Assembly (NCBI RefSeq): GCF_006345805.1
Contig: NC_043007.1
Coordinates: 62,310,001 to 62,374,000 of the forward strand
Reading direction: 5' to 3'
Source of the DNA: Octopus sinensis
Lineage: Eukaryota
DNA: 64,000 nt
Shown here: one piece after another, positions 50,342 to 62,760 of the stretch
How positions within the stretch are numbered: the stretch's first letter is position 1
Layout of the letters: each line of letters starts with the position of its first letter
The notes under the pieces: generated by a model
Seen by the model: the letters and a program-made list of their open reading frames with translations, nothing else
The model's database searches: none
Told to the model about the DNA's origin: nothing
Translations under genes and position numbers: made by a program

Positions 50342-50722
50342 ATGGCTTCAGACGTGGAAAAAGCGAACAGTGTGTTCGTTTCGGTTGCTCCCACTAGTAG
50401 TAGCACTGAAACAACTGTTCTAAGTCCATCTAGCGACGCCTCTACATCAAAAAGCTCAGAAGTTACGACAGTAACAAGCAGTAACAGTTTTACAAACAGC
50501 ATAGCTTCCAGCAGCACCACCACCACTAACAACACCGCCACGACTACCACCAAGTCTGGCCTTCGGATGAAGGAAGGCGAGGCAGACGAAGACGACGACC
50601 ACAACAACATGTCCAACGAACGTAAAGGTTGGCTTATGAAGAGAAGCCGATTGTCACATAAATGGAAGAGAAAGTGGTTTCTATTAAAAAATGCCGATCT
50701 CTTCTACGGTAATGATCCACAG
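50342..50722 (+). CDS. First coding exon of a PH-domain protein (Ser/Thr-rich N-terminus)
   Basis: 127 codons, good Kozak context; RKGWLMKRSRLSHKWKRKWFLLKNADLFYG is a typical PH beta1-beta3 start; CAG|GTAAGT phase-0 donor at 50722/50723. Confidence 0.85.
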
Positions 50723-52466
50723 GTAAGTTGATATTTCGCAATTATATTCTTTCAGGTTCGTCCACCTCCTTATCAATTAATTACGATCTTTGTTAATATC
50801 ATAAATCGGTCCCTACGTATTTGTGTGTGTGTGTGTTTTAAACACGATTTCCAACCTTGTTTCAATGACAACACCACCAAATCATGTATCTCCGAGTTAA
50901 TTTCTCTTGTAGAACTTTATTTTCAATTTATCGATGTGCCAGGCTTATTTTGGATTATTTGTTGGAAATCTGACAATCGCGGAGCACCTTTAGACACTGT
51001 CTGTGTGACACCCTTACTTGGAATATAATGTTGTTTCAGAATCTTTGTTAGTTACTCATTCATTTTTAAGATAAACAAAATATTCGATTGTTTCAGATTG
51101 CTGTAACCTTTCAAAGATTTATTTACTCCTAACCATTCTATCGTTGACAGATTTGTTTGGTAGATCGTTTCAAAACAATATAAATTCATTGTGTATAATG
51201 GTAATTATCAGGAAAGGAACATAAGAAAATGTTCGTATTTTGTATATTTTAGATTCTGAGTTCCCTAGAATTGAAAAAAAAACATGTTGATTTCTTACAA
51301 TTCTACAAAATTACAGTTACTACTACCCCACCTTTTGTCATTCAATAAGAATTCGTAATTTACAGGTTCTAATCCTGCGTCAGTTCTGCTACTATTCTCG
51401 CGTTTAATTCACCATTTCCAATCTACATTAAACCTCAACAAAATCAATCAAGCCAAGACATTGTAGTTTCTTTTTATTTTCTGTTTACGCGCACACATGT
51501 ATATGTATGTGAACATGTTTGCATTTGCGTACGATGATGTTATCATTAGCTCCATTTAACACACACATACACACACGCACACACACCTCATAGACATTTA
51601 ATAAACGTGTGTCCGTGGCCGATACTGAAATCTGGCGTAGATCGAATATTAAAGAGCAACGTGCTTTTTGAAAAAGATAATGCTTTCTAATTGAGGCACG
51701 AGGCCAGCAGTTTTGAGGGGAGGGAATCAGTCCATACTTTGAGACCTCAGTACTTCCCTGGTATTTTATTGACTCCGATAGTACGAAAAGCAAAGTTGAT
51801 CTCAGCAGGATTTGAACTCAGAATATAAAGAGCCGAAACAATAACCACAAGGCTTTTAAAAATAGCAATAATGAAAATACGATTGAAGATATAATCATTG
51901 TTGCATTTGCTTCCTGATTGCATGTTTAACAGAAATCTTGTTTGAATAATGCTTTCACGTCCTTAGTGACATATATATAATTCTAAATAAACATGTCCAC
52001 ACACACTCACACAGACGTTTTTGTTTAGTCGAGGCATTTTTCCAATCTATGTCCTCCTCACATAAAATACTTCTACATAAACACGCGCCTGCTAACGTCC
52101 CTACGCACAATAAATGTTTTGTCATCTCGCTCTCTCTCTCTCTCTTTCTCCTCTCTCTTCTAACGATGGCTTCGATCTGAACTATTTTCTTATCTCAATT
52201 AAAGAACAGATTTGTCATTACAATTAAATATGCTAGTTTGATTCAGTTTTCACGTTTGTCTTTCGGAATGAATCTTTCAACCTTTCTCTGTCTCACTACC
52301 AAAATCATTTCGTAACACCCCACTCCGCCACCTTATATCCTACTTTTGTTTTCTCTTTGATTCAATCGTTCTTTACAATTCTTAAAATTCAATGTCTATT
52401 TATGTATTTATCAACCTCCCCTGTATTTATTGGTCAGTCTTTCGTTCGATATCAATATATCTTTCG

Positions 52467-52553
<87 letters not shown>

Positions 52554-52732
52554 GATTTTATTTCTAAATATACGTCTATTTATTATTTTAACATTTTGTG
52601 TATCTCTCTATTTATATATCTATTGATTTTTCTATCTATCCATCGATTCATCTCTCAGCGTATCTTTTTATATATCTGCTTTTCTTATCTGCCATCTATC
52701 TGTCTATCTATCTGTCTCTCTCTCTCTCTCCC

Positions 52733-52820
<88 letters not shown>
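52467..52820. repeat. (ATCT)n, (CT)n and (AT)n microsatellites
   Basis: Read directly from the sequence. Confidence 0.95.
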
Positions 52821-52821
<1 letters not shown>

Positions 52822-53258
52822 ATATTAGTCGCTTTATTGACAATCCATTTAATGTCTCTTCCTCCTCTTCTTTGTTGAAGACCAGAAATATTTCGTTCAT
52901 TGAAAGAAATTCCTTCAGATTTCTATTTTGATTTCTTTACAGCTTCACTTTCTTGAGGTTCTTCTGCCTGTTAACAACATTTCAAATGATGAAATTAATT
53001 TTAATCTTAAACTGACCTCTCGTATTTTTATTCTTTGGATATTTCGATTTAATCACAACCACACACACGCAGACACATACTTGTACTCAAAATATCTTTT
53101 GTTTTGTTATATATGCATGTGAGTGTGTACATAAATATGTTTGTAAACAGGTGCATGTGTGTTGTGAACGCGAGGGAGAAAAATTAGTCATCGTCATTAT
53201 GTCTAAATCTAAAGATACTTTATAGGAGCGATATGTCTTTATATTAATGTGCGCAAGT

Positions 53259-53299
<41 letters not shown>

Positions 53300-53504
53300 T
53301 GTGTATATACACAAATACGTGTATGGAGAGCGAGAGTTCTCGAATGAAGGTCGAGAAGACTAAATCGTGCATCACACACACACACATTAAGGGGTCAATA
53401 CATTATAATGTAGAGTGTATATTCATCTTTGAAAAAATGCTGATGCATTGAAACACTTTTACAATAGTGTGCGCGCGTGTGTGTATATGTATATATGCAC
53501 ATAT

Positions 53505-53620
53505 CACTAGTGTAGCTAGCGGAGGGCGGTCTTTTAAAGGGGCACCACTTTTGGGTTTGCTGTTTTTTGTGACAAACAGAAGGATCGTCCCGGGAGTCAC
53601 ACACTCTAGCTACGCTGGTG
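53505..53620. mobile_element. 116-bp hAT-type MITE
   Basis: TIRs cactagtgtagctag / ctagctacgctggtg; 8-bp TSD gcacatat/gcatatat; a longer, decayed relative at about 24392-24562. Confidence 0.7.
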
Positions 53621-53700
53621 GCATATATATATATTGTGTGTTTCAATATATATGTATGCATTTATATACATGCATATATATATATGTATGTATATATGTA

Positions 53701-53731
<31 letters not shown>

Positions 53732-54198
53732 TTGAGTTGAGTGTGTGGTAAGAAGTTTGCTTCCCAACCGACCACATGGTTCCAGGTTTAGTCTTGCTTC
53801 ATGGTACTTTGGGCACCAGTGTCTACTACTTTGATCCAGGTTGACCAAATCCTAGTGAGAGGATTTGGTAGACGGAAACTGCAAGAAGTTTGTCTTATAT
53901 ATACATCTGCCCCTCAATACAAACATACATGCAGACATACATACATACATACATGCATGCATGCATGCATGCATACATACATACATACATACATACCGGT
54001 GGCATGTAAAAAGCACCCACTACACTCACAGAGTGGTTGGCGTTAGGAAGGGCATCCAGCTGTAGAAACACTACCAGATCAAACTGGGCCTGGTGCAGCC
54101 TTCTGGCTTCCCAGACCCCAGCTGAACCGTCCAACCCATGCTAGCATGGAAAGTGGACGTTAAACGACAATGATGATGATACATAATGTATGTATATA

Positions 54199-54572
54199 GG
54201 CGCAGGAATGGCTGTGTGGTAAGTAGCTTGCTAACCAACCACATGGTTCCGGGTTCAGTCCCACTGCGTGGCATCTTGGGCAAGTGTCTTCTGCTATAGC
54301 CCCGGGCCGACCAATGCCTTGTGAGTGGATTTGGTAGACAGAAACTGAAAGAAGCCTGTCGTATATATGTATATGTTTGTCCCCCTAGCATTGCTTGACA
54401 ACCAATGCTGGTGTGTTTACGTCCCCGTTACTTAGCGGTTCGGCAAAAGAGACCGATAGAATAAGTACTGGGCTTACAAAGAATAAGTCCCGGGGTCGAT
54501 TTGCTCGACTAAAGGTGGTGCTCCAGCATGGCCGCAGTCAAATGACTGAAACAAGTAAAAGAGTAAAGAGTA
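54199..54572 (+). mobile_element. Full-length young tRNA-derived SINE, family A
   Basis: ggcgcaggaatggctgtgtggtaag...ggttcagtccca head, ttgggcaagtgtc core and gactgaaacaagtaaaaga tail; CpGs retained. Decayed copies near 13920, 16800, 43005 and 53735. Confidence 0.8.
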
Positions 54573-54946
54573 TATATGTGTATGTTTCTTTGTGTTTGTC
54601 TCCCATCATCACTTGATAATCAGTGTTGGTCTGTTTATGTCCATATAACAGCTGTTAGACATAAGAGACTGACAGAATAAATACTAGGCTTGAAAAAATA
54701 AAAGCAAGTACCAGGTTTGATTCATTTGACCAAAACACTTCAAGGTGGCTCAGCATGGCCACAGTCCAATGACTAAAACAAATAAAAGATAAATAACGCT
54801 AGTGTGTGACTGAGTGAATGTATGTGTGTATAAATAGAACAGATAAGGAAAGTGAAGTGAGAGAATAGATTTTTATGTAATATATTTACAGCTGTTTCAT
54901 AATCTTGTTAGTTATATAATAGATATTGCATCATCTTTTGCATATA

Positions 54947-54980
<34 letters not shown>

Positions 54981-55161
54981 AGCAATAAAGGGTTTAGCAA
55001 CGAATTGCCTTACCACATACCGAATTTAGAAATAGCAGTCAAGAGTTATAGCTATTTCTTCTACTAAAAAGGAGATCTCAGTAAAAACAGCAATTGGAAG
55101 GCAGACACAAACAGGTAAGAGAGAATGAATTGACGGCAATCTATCATACAATTTTAAGTTA

Positions 55162-55261
55162 TCTACGGACGTACGTTTCGAAATCAAGTTTTTAGGAAAG
55201 CATAAGAATTAAATATTAAATAATTCTACCTTACCAAAACTTCTTTTCTCTTCAGCGTAGA
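55162..55261 (-). ncRNA. Intact type I hammerhead ribozyme with extended stem II
   Basis: UCUACG-CUGAAGA-GAAAAGAAG(51 nt)CUUGAUUUC-GAA-ACGUACGU-C/-CGUAGA: all core nucleotides, perfect 6-bp stem I, palindromic stem III and GUC site. Confidence 0.85.
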
Positions 55262-55403
55262 ATACTATAATCATAAATGATTATATATTGAATTTTGAGA
55301 TACTAGAAGGCACCAACTCAACTCAGTATCAGAGCGAGCTAGAATCCGCAACTAGTATCACTAAATTCAAAGTGTGAATGAAAAGATTGTGTCACCAGCC
55401 CCT

Positions 55404-55487
<84 letters not shown>

Positions 55488-55490
55488 GTA

Positions 55491-56011
55491 CGAGGATGAA
55501 TCAAAAAGTAATGTCATTTTGTTTAGGACAGGTATAATTACCAATGCAGGAACATGTATCATACATCAAAATGAAGCAGGTCCTCTGTGGATCACATCCC
55601 TACTTCTCAACATAGTCACCGTTTCTCTCAATAGCAATGTTCCACCTTTGAATGAGAGCATGTATCCCTGCCCCGTAAAATTCTGTTGACTGTTCTTTGG
55701 GCCACTTCTTCACTATAGTTTTCACTTCCTCGTCACTGGAATAATATTTGCCTCTCAAACCCTCTTTCATGGGGCCAAAGATATGATAGCGTGAAGGTGC
55801 TAAATAATTCCAGTGACGCAGAAGTGAAAACTATAGTGAAGAAGTGGCTCAAAGAACAGTCAACAGAATTTTATGGAGTAGGGATACATGCTCTCATTTG
55901 AAGGATGTGATCTTCAGAGGACCAGATTCATTTTCATGTATGATACATGTTCCTGTGGTGGTAATTATACCTGTCCTAAACAAAATGGCATTACTTTTTG
56001 ACTTACCCTTG
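55491..56011. mobile_element. Mariner MITE made of two inverted 3' ends
   Basis: TA flanks; about 95-bp TIRs; left arm (minus) reads IFGPMKEGLRGKYYSSDEEVKT...RWNIAIERNGDYVEK*; right arm (plus) repeats SSDAEVKTIVKKWLKEQSTEFY. Confidence 0.85.
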
Positions 56012-56301
56012 TACATCCATATATACAAGTGTGTTGAAAGATTTAATCAACATACTAATATTCAGAACATACCATGATAGTTCAAAACATCAACTACATC
56101 CATGCATACATACATACATACATACATACATACATACATACACACACACATACAAACAAACAAACAACTAGAAATTGGAAAATTTGGGGTAATTATTTAT
56201 TTACCATTACACATGTTTCATTTGTTAATAGGAATTACATAGTTTTATATATTATACACACGCATTCATTCATTTTTGTGCCCTTTTGTCATGGTTTACA
56301 C

Positions 56302-56528
56302 CAGCGGTCCTCAATCATTGTCTGCCTACAGATCCCTTTAGTTTCTATTTTACTCTACTGGAATTCCATAGCTATTCAATATTTAAATAAAGTCCTATTA
56401 TATTTTCTATAATTGAGTATTATAAAAGTATTGTTAAAATATTTTGCTTACTGCAGAATTATATCCAATTTATTGCATGTAAATTTTAGCAGCAAAATCT
56501 CCTGTAGACCCCCAGTTGAGAACCACTG
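56302..56528. mobile_element. hAT MITE
   Basis: TIRs cagcggtcctcaa / ttgagaaccactg; TSD gtttacac/gtttagac. Confidence 0.75.
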
Positions 56529-56734
56529 GTTTAGACAAATGTTACTGAGGCACTGTTTCACAGCCACATATTTGTTCTGACTAACTTTTATCTGTCTTTC
56601 AAGTAACAATTGTTATATTTCACATGGCTTTGAAAACAAGAAACAAATAGACAATTTGTTGGCAAAAATACCAACAACAACAACATTGCATGAGCATTGT
56701 GATTTTTCAAGAAACCAGAGCAAATGTAATCTAA

Positions 56735-56784
<50 letters not shown>

Positions 56785-59099
56785 CCTGTTGTATTCTCTA
56801 GAACTGTCCAACCGAAGCCATCACAAAAGGCAGCCACCAAATGACGATGATGATGATGATATAAGATCACTTTAGCAAAGATTAAGATTTTATTAAGGAG
56901 TAAAGCCTGGAACTAGGTAGACACTCACACGTATAACTGGCACCCTGTCAATTATGATGATGAGGGTTCCAGTGGGACTGATCAACAGTACAGCTTGCTA
57001 GTGAAATTAATGCACAAGTAGCTGAGCACTCTGCAGGCATGCATACCCTTAACATAGTTCTCTGGAGGTTCAGGATGTGACAAAGCTGGTCCTTTGAAAT
57101 ACAGGTACTACTTAGTTTTTGCCTGGGAGTGGACTGGAGCAACACGAAATAAAGTGTCTTGCTCAAGGACACAATGTGTCATCTGGAATTAAACTCATGA
57201 CCTTACAATCGTGAGCTGCATACCCTAACCACTAAGCCATGTGCCTTCACTACACACACACACGTGTGTGTGTGTGTGTAAAAGACTAAGATGTGTGGTA
57301 TATTGCTGCATTCATTATCTGCCCACCGTAACAGAATTGATATCCTAAAATCAAGGTATTATGTAAAAAGCATTGGTGCTGGTACCATATGAAAAGTACC
57401 CAGCACTCTCTGTAAAGTATATGGCATTAGGAAGGGCATCCAGCTGTAGAAACCGAGCCAAATTGACTATGGAACCTGGGGTGGCCCATGACATTGCCAG
57501 CTCCTGTCAAGCCATCAAACCCACACCAGCATGGAAAACAGACATTAAATAATGGCGAATGTATATATGGGTTCAGTTTCACTGCGTGACACATTGGGCA
57601 AATAACATCATTGGCAGCCTCAGGTTTTCCAGAATTGATATGCCACTAAGGAAAAGCTAGTCTGTTCAATAGCTTCTTAATTCAAAAGAATTCTTGATTC
57701 TTGAAACTGTCTCCCCTTTTCATTTAGAATCAATCACATTTACCATCAGGTATTTGTTCACTTCCTTTTGAAGTGAAGATAACTGCAATAACTCAAGTAT
57801 TTATTTTATATGGTATTTAATATAACTATGACCTCCTTTGGTCATGAATGTCTATGGGATTGCTCCTAGAAAGTTACCCTCCAAGGCACAAATTCAGGCA
57901 AAGTTGTTTATGGAAGACCAGCAGTCGCTCATGCATACCAAGCCTCCCCTCTCCATGCCACCAATGTTATCTAAAGGCTGACAGAACTTGGCATCAGTGA
58001 TGTCGCAACTCATTTCTATAGCTGAGTGAACTGGAGCTACATGAAATAAAGAGTCTTGCTCAAGAATACAACACATATCCTGATCTGGGAATTGAACTCA
58101 CTACTTCATTATTGTGAACCTGAGCTCTAACCACTGAGTCACATGCCTTACCCTTTTGTTTTAATATACCTATATTCACCATATAATGGGAGAATGTGCC
58201 ATAGTGGTTAAGGTCTTACACTCATGATCAATAGATCATGGGTTCCATTCTTGGACCAGGCGGTGCATTGTGTTTTTGAGTGAAACACTTTGTATTGTGT
58301 TGTCCTGTGATCATTTCAACACCTGGTGTGTTGCACACCATTTACCTGTACAGGCAGTACCACTTTGATGGAGGGAGTGATTTACAGCATAAACATTCAA
58401 TCACTGTAAACAAATCATCTGTGCAGTTTGTTCACCAAGAAATCACAGAACCATCTTTCTCAGACTTGGAAGACTACCATGAATTAATTCACTATCTATG
58501 AATATGTGAATATGATTCCAAGTTTTCTCCCATTATGAATCACACTGGGTAAGTATCTTCGAGAGTAATCTTGAATTGACCTGTGCTTAGTGAATGAAAT
58601 TGATAAATAGATATTGTATGGAAGCTCACTTTGTAGCTAAGTGTTTATCAGTCTTACTGGTGTCATTCTATCACAACCAGAACTGACATTTTTTTAGTCA
58701 AAAGTAAAAAGGAAAGCTGAAGATAAAGAATGAATGATACAACAGCAACAACAACAGCTCACTTATTGCTAACTCTTCTTTTCCATCTTTGTTCTCACCG
58801 ATATGTGCAAGGATTGACCTTCTCGGTTATCAGAAATTTCAGTGGTTATAAAGAAAGCCACTCAATCTGGAGGACATCAGAAATAGCTGCTGTGTGTGTG
58901 TGTTTTGTAAATATCTGCTTATTTGGATAGTTAGATTAATTGAATAAGCTGTCAGGTGAAACTTGAGATCCTGGTTAGCATAGATTTTACAATGAATTTG
59001 ACTCTACTTTCAGTAATTGTTCTTTAGTTATTCTCAAACAAGTTTTAAAATAACCACCTTGCATTATATGTATGCTTGAGTATGTGTGTGTGTGTATAT

Positions 59100-59149
<50 letters not shown>

Positions 59150-59207
59150 AGGTGGTGCTATTAAGTTAGACATGGCCTGGACCAATCATTGGTCGAAACA
59201 CATCTAA

Positions 59208-59238
<31 letters not shown>

Positions 59239-60951
59239 CATTGGTTTTATTATCGTCATCATCATTTAATGTCGATGTCTTATGCTGGCATGGGTAAGAC
59301 AGTTTGACAGGATACAACATGTCCAAATACTGCATTGTGCTCCAATGTCAGCTTTAATATGGTTTCTAAGGTTGGATGCCCTTCCTTTTCATGGCACCAG
59401 CACTAGTGAAGTTACCATATAGCCTGCAAGACTAAGATCTTCTTCAACTGAGCAGGCCACAGTAGAGAGGAAGGTGCTTTTATGGGATGAGGATGTTAAA
59501 GTGAGAAAAAAAGGGTCAGAATAAAATAAGTTTCTTGGTGGAGGGGGGCTACAAATTATTGAACAAAGGATGTTAATAGGCAGGGTGAAACTGAAAAGAG
59601 ATAAAATATTAGTGATGTGGTGTCAGGGTGGACTCACAAAACAAGATGAATAGGAGTGTGTACAGGAGAACAGGAGGTGTAGACGGATAGACGTTGCAAG
59701 AGTGTATAGCTGAGTAGTAATGAAAATAATAGGTATACAATGGAAAGGGTAAGAAAGGGAGAGAGGGGATTATGTGGTTGGTTAGGTTGTAAGAGTGTGG
59801 GGTAGAGATAGTGAGTGGGAAAGGTATGGCAGTGGAGATAACTTGGTGACTCAAGAATGTGATCAGTGTAAATGTGGCTGGTGAGAATATTGTTATGAAA
59901 GATGGCTAAGAATGAAGTGGTTCCAGGGAAGTAAGAGGGGTAATTGGTATCAGGGAAAAGCTGAGGTATGTAGTTCTGCTTACATTTAATTACACCAGCA
60001 GAATAGTGCAGTTAGAGCGATAATGGGCTGTAAGAATGTCTTGAGGAAGGAATATGTGCATAAATGGCTCTGGTTTCCAATACTCAGGGTTGCTCATTTC
60101 TGATTATCAGCTGGTAAACCAAGCCTGGTTTTCTTTTTAATATCCACTGACTGAATATTTTTTGAAATATGAAATGAGAGTTTGAAGGAAATGCTTATCT
60201 TTATGGTCCTTCATTTAAAAACCTTTGTGAATGACACTTGCAAAAACGACTGCTTCAGGCTCACACTTTTGATTTCATTTCTGGTTCTCATGGTTGTATT
60301 ATTATAAATAGCATAAACTCCATGTAATCAAAGTCATGAAATTGCATTGTTGTTTAAGCAATGTTCCAAAATAATACTTTTAAGCAATACTTTAATTAAT
60401 TCTTTTGAAAAAACAATAGGTGTGTATAAAGGTGTTCATTTTGCATGCTCTTGTGCAGATGCATGCATATATACATTTGTAAACACATTGACTCACATAT
60501 ATACCCAGAATTATATTTTCACATACATAACGTGTGTGAGTATGTACATACACACACACACAGAGCTTATATACATATACTCACATATAGACATGCACAC
60601 ACACATATTAAAACATATTAATGAAATCTATTAATTAAATATTTCGAAAATCAATACCTTTTCTGCCCCAGAATGAAATGCAAGGAGGCTTGTATTTGCA
60701 TAAAAGATACTTAGCTACATACATACAAGATATTAACAGTTTATTTCTTTTGTTCAAATTATTGGTGCCATGAGTCAAAATTCTTAGTTTTTTATGCTCA
60801 AAGGTCACACCATATCTTTGATTTGAAGCTTCCATTCAGTAAGATTGCATATTACCTACAATTGACCAGTTATAATATATTAAAGAATACTCTACATTTG
60901 TATTAAGTCCTGTAATTGATCACATCTAGTGAATCTACACATACACACATA

Positions 60952-60999
<48 letters not shown>

Positions 61000-61005
61000 T
61001 GCATA

Positions 61006-61051
<46 letters not shown>

Positions 61052-61269
61052 CATATGTGCACTCACACACTCATTGTGCTTCCAGAATCTCAGTTTCTCC
61101 AAGGTGGGGGCAGGTCTTCCCAAGAATTGCATATCACCAGTCATCCTAGTCTCTGGTCATCTCTTCTGTGAGGTTCAAGGTCCTGAGATCAGTTTTTACC
61201 ACTCTTTCTTATATCTTCCTGGGTCTCCTCATATTCAACTAAAATATATTAAAGATAAATATTAAAGAG

Positions 61270-62040
61270 ATACTTTAAAGCTGTGTTGCTGTGCTAGAAT
61301 CAGGTGAGTCTTGTTCATGTTTCCCATCATACTTATGATGGTGACCTTTAATGAGTCCTTGGTACTTTGGGGCCACCATTCTGTTTCTCCCTCTTGACAA
61401 CACTCTCAGCTGTGGTAGGGTTTAAATCAGAATGCCTAGTATGCCATGAAAATCAGAATGCCTAGTATGCCATGAAAATTCTCACTCAGCCAATCTTGTG
61501 TCACAAAGGCCATGTAGTGTCTTGCTGGGACATGTACTGCCTTTTCTGGATCATCTGTTTCATCCAGAACTTGACCACTGTATCCAGTACCTCTGTGTAG
61601 GTGGTGTCATTGAACCTGTAGGAAGAATTGAAGTCATGATATGGCTCTTGTTGATTAGGACTCCTACAACCATCAGAGACAGTGAGAACTTAGTGTTCAT
61701 CACTGTGGATACCTCTTTAGGTTCCATGCAGTGCTACCTATCATTCTTCCCATTCACCTTTTAGTTTGGGTTGAAGTTCTCATTGGAAAAGGACCAGAGT
61801 ATGATGAGTTTCTTGTGAGGAATTGACCAATGTTACAGATCTTCCCAGTTTTATCAGACATGAACTGATCTTTTCCAATCATACAGGCTTGTTCTTGATG
61901 TCTTCATGCACAGCACATTTGACCCTTCAAAGCTTGTCCCAAAACATGGGTAACTCAACAAGAAAATTCCATATTTATCAAGTTCTACTCAGGTGTAAGA
62001 CATCCTGAAACATCTGTCAAAATACGGAGAATTTCAATGT
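61270..62040 (-). mobile_element. maT/DD37D-type Tc1-mariner transposase remnant
   Basis: Broken frames: FSNENFNPN*KVNGKNDR..EPKEVSTVMNTKF..MVVGV..YTEVLDTVVKFW..QQD..QDWLSENFH..STKDSLK..MNKTHLI. Confidence 0.65.
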
Positions 62041-62269
62041 TTACTTTCACTTTCCGTGAATGTAGTCAGTTCATTGATTAAAAAAAAAAAGAAAGAAAAA
62101 AATCTTTGCCAGCAGCAGTATTTGTTTCGATCTTTTCTAATTAATTGTTATGTTCAGCCTGCTAATTGGACTTTAAAATAAATGAAATCTCCACGTTCAC
62201 ATTAGACAAAGCCATGTCAATAAAGTGTAAAAATGTTAATGATGATGGACAATATTATGAATGAATATT

Positions 62270-62760
62270 GTCACTTACTACATCATCACTACTACCATGG
62301 CTGTCAAAAGCAAAAGATAAAAAAGACATCATTACCATTGCTATTACCTTTACTACTGCCATCCTAACAGGTGCTGTCACCTGCACAGCCATCTGCAGCC
62401 CCACTGCTATCTACTCTACAACTATCATCACTATTGTCATCACTAGTGCTGCTGTTATTATTGCTATAGTATGATCTCACATTTCCATTACTTTCATTAT
62501 CATCACAATTGTCATTATCACCACTGTAACTGTCATCATTGTCCTTTCCACTATCATCACTAACCAATATTGTCATCATTATCATCACGACAACAACAGT
62601 GACTGTCTTCATTACCATTACCACCACTGTGACCACCACCATCAATAGCACAATGTTACCAGTACCACCACTACAATAGATATATGTCTGTATCATCAAC
62701 AGTACCCCCACCATTGCAGTCAGTGACATAATTCTACTTAACAGCCCAGCTGCCTTATCA
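62270..62760. repeat. Degenerate ATC/ACC/ACT trinucleotide low-complexity tract
   Basis: Period-3 repeat, heavily diverged. Confidence 0.8.

Noticed and set aside
50206-50616. 136-aa minus-strand ORF
   Set aside because: Antisense shadow of the S/T-rich PH exon.
54199-54290. tRNA gene
   Set aside because: Only an A/B-box-like SINE head with no complete cloverleaf; it continues into a SINE body.
55295-55362. gatactag...ctagtatc inverted octamer next to the 55.2 kb hammerhead as a second ribozyme
   Set aside because: No valid core or GAAA on either strand.
59590-60000. Purine-rich stretch, possibly an ancient CR1/L2 LINE (similar at 1300-1600)
   Set aside because: Too degraded for any diagnostic motif.
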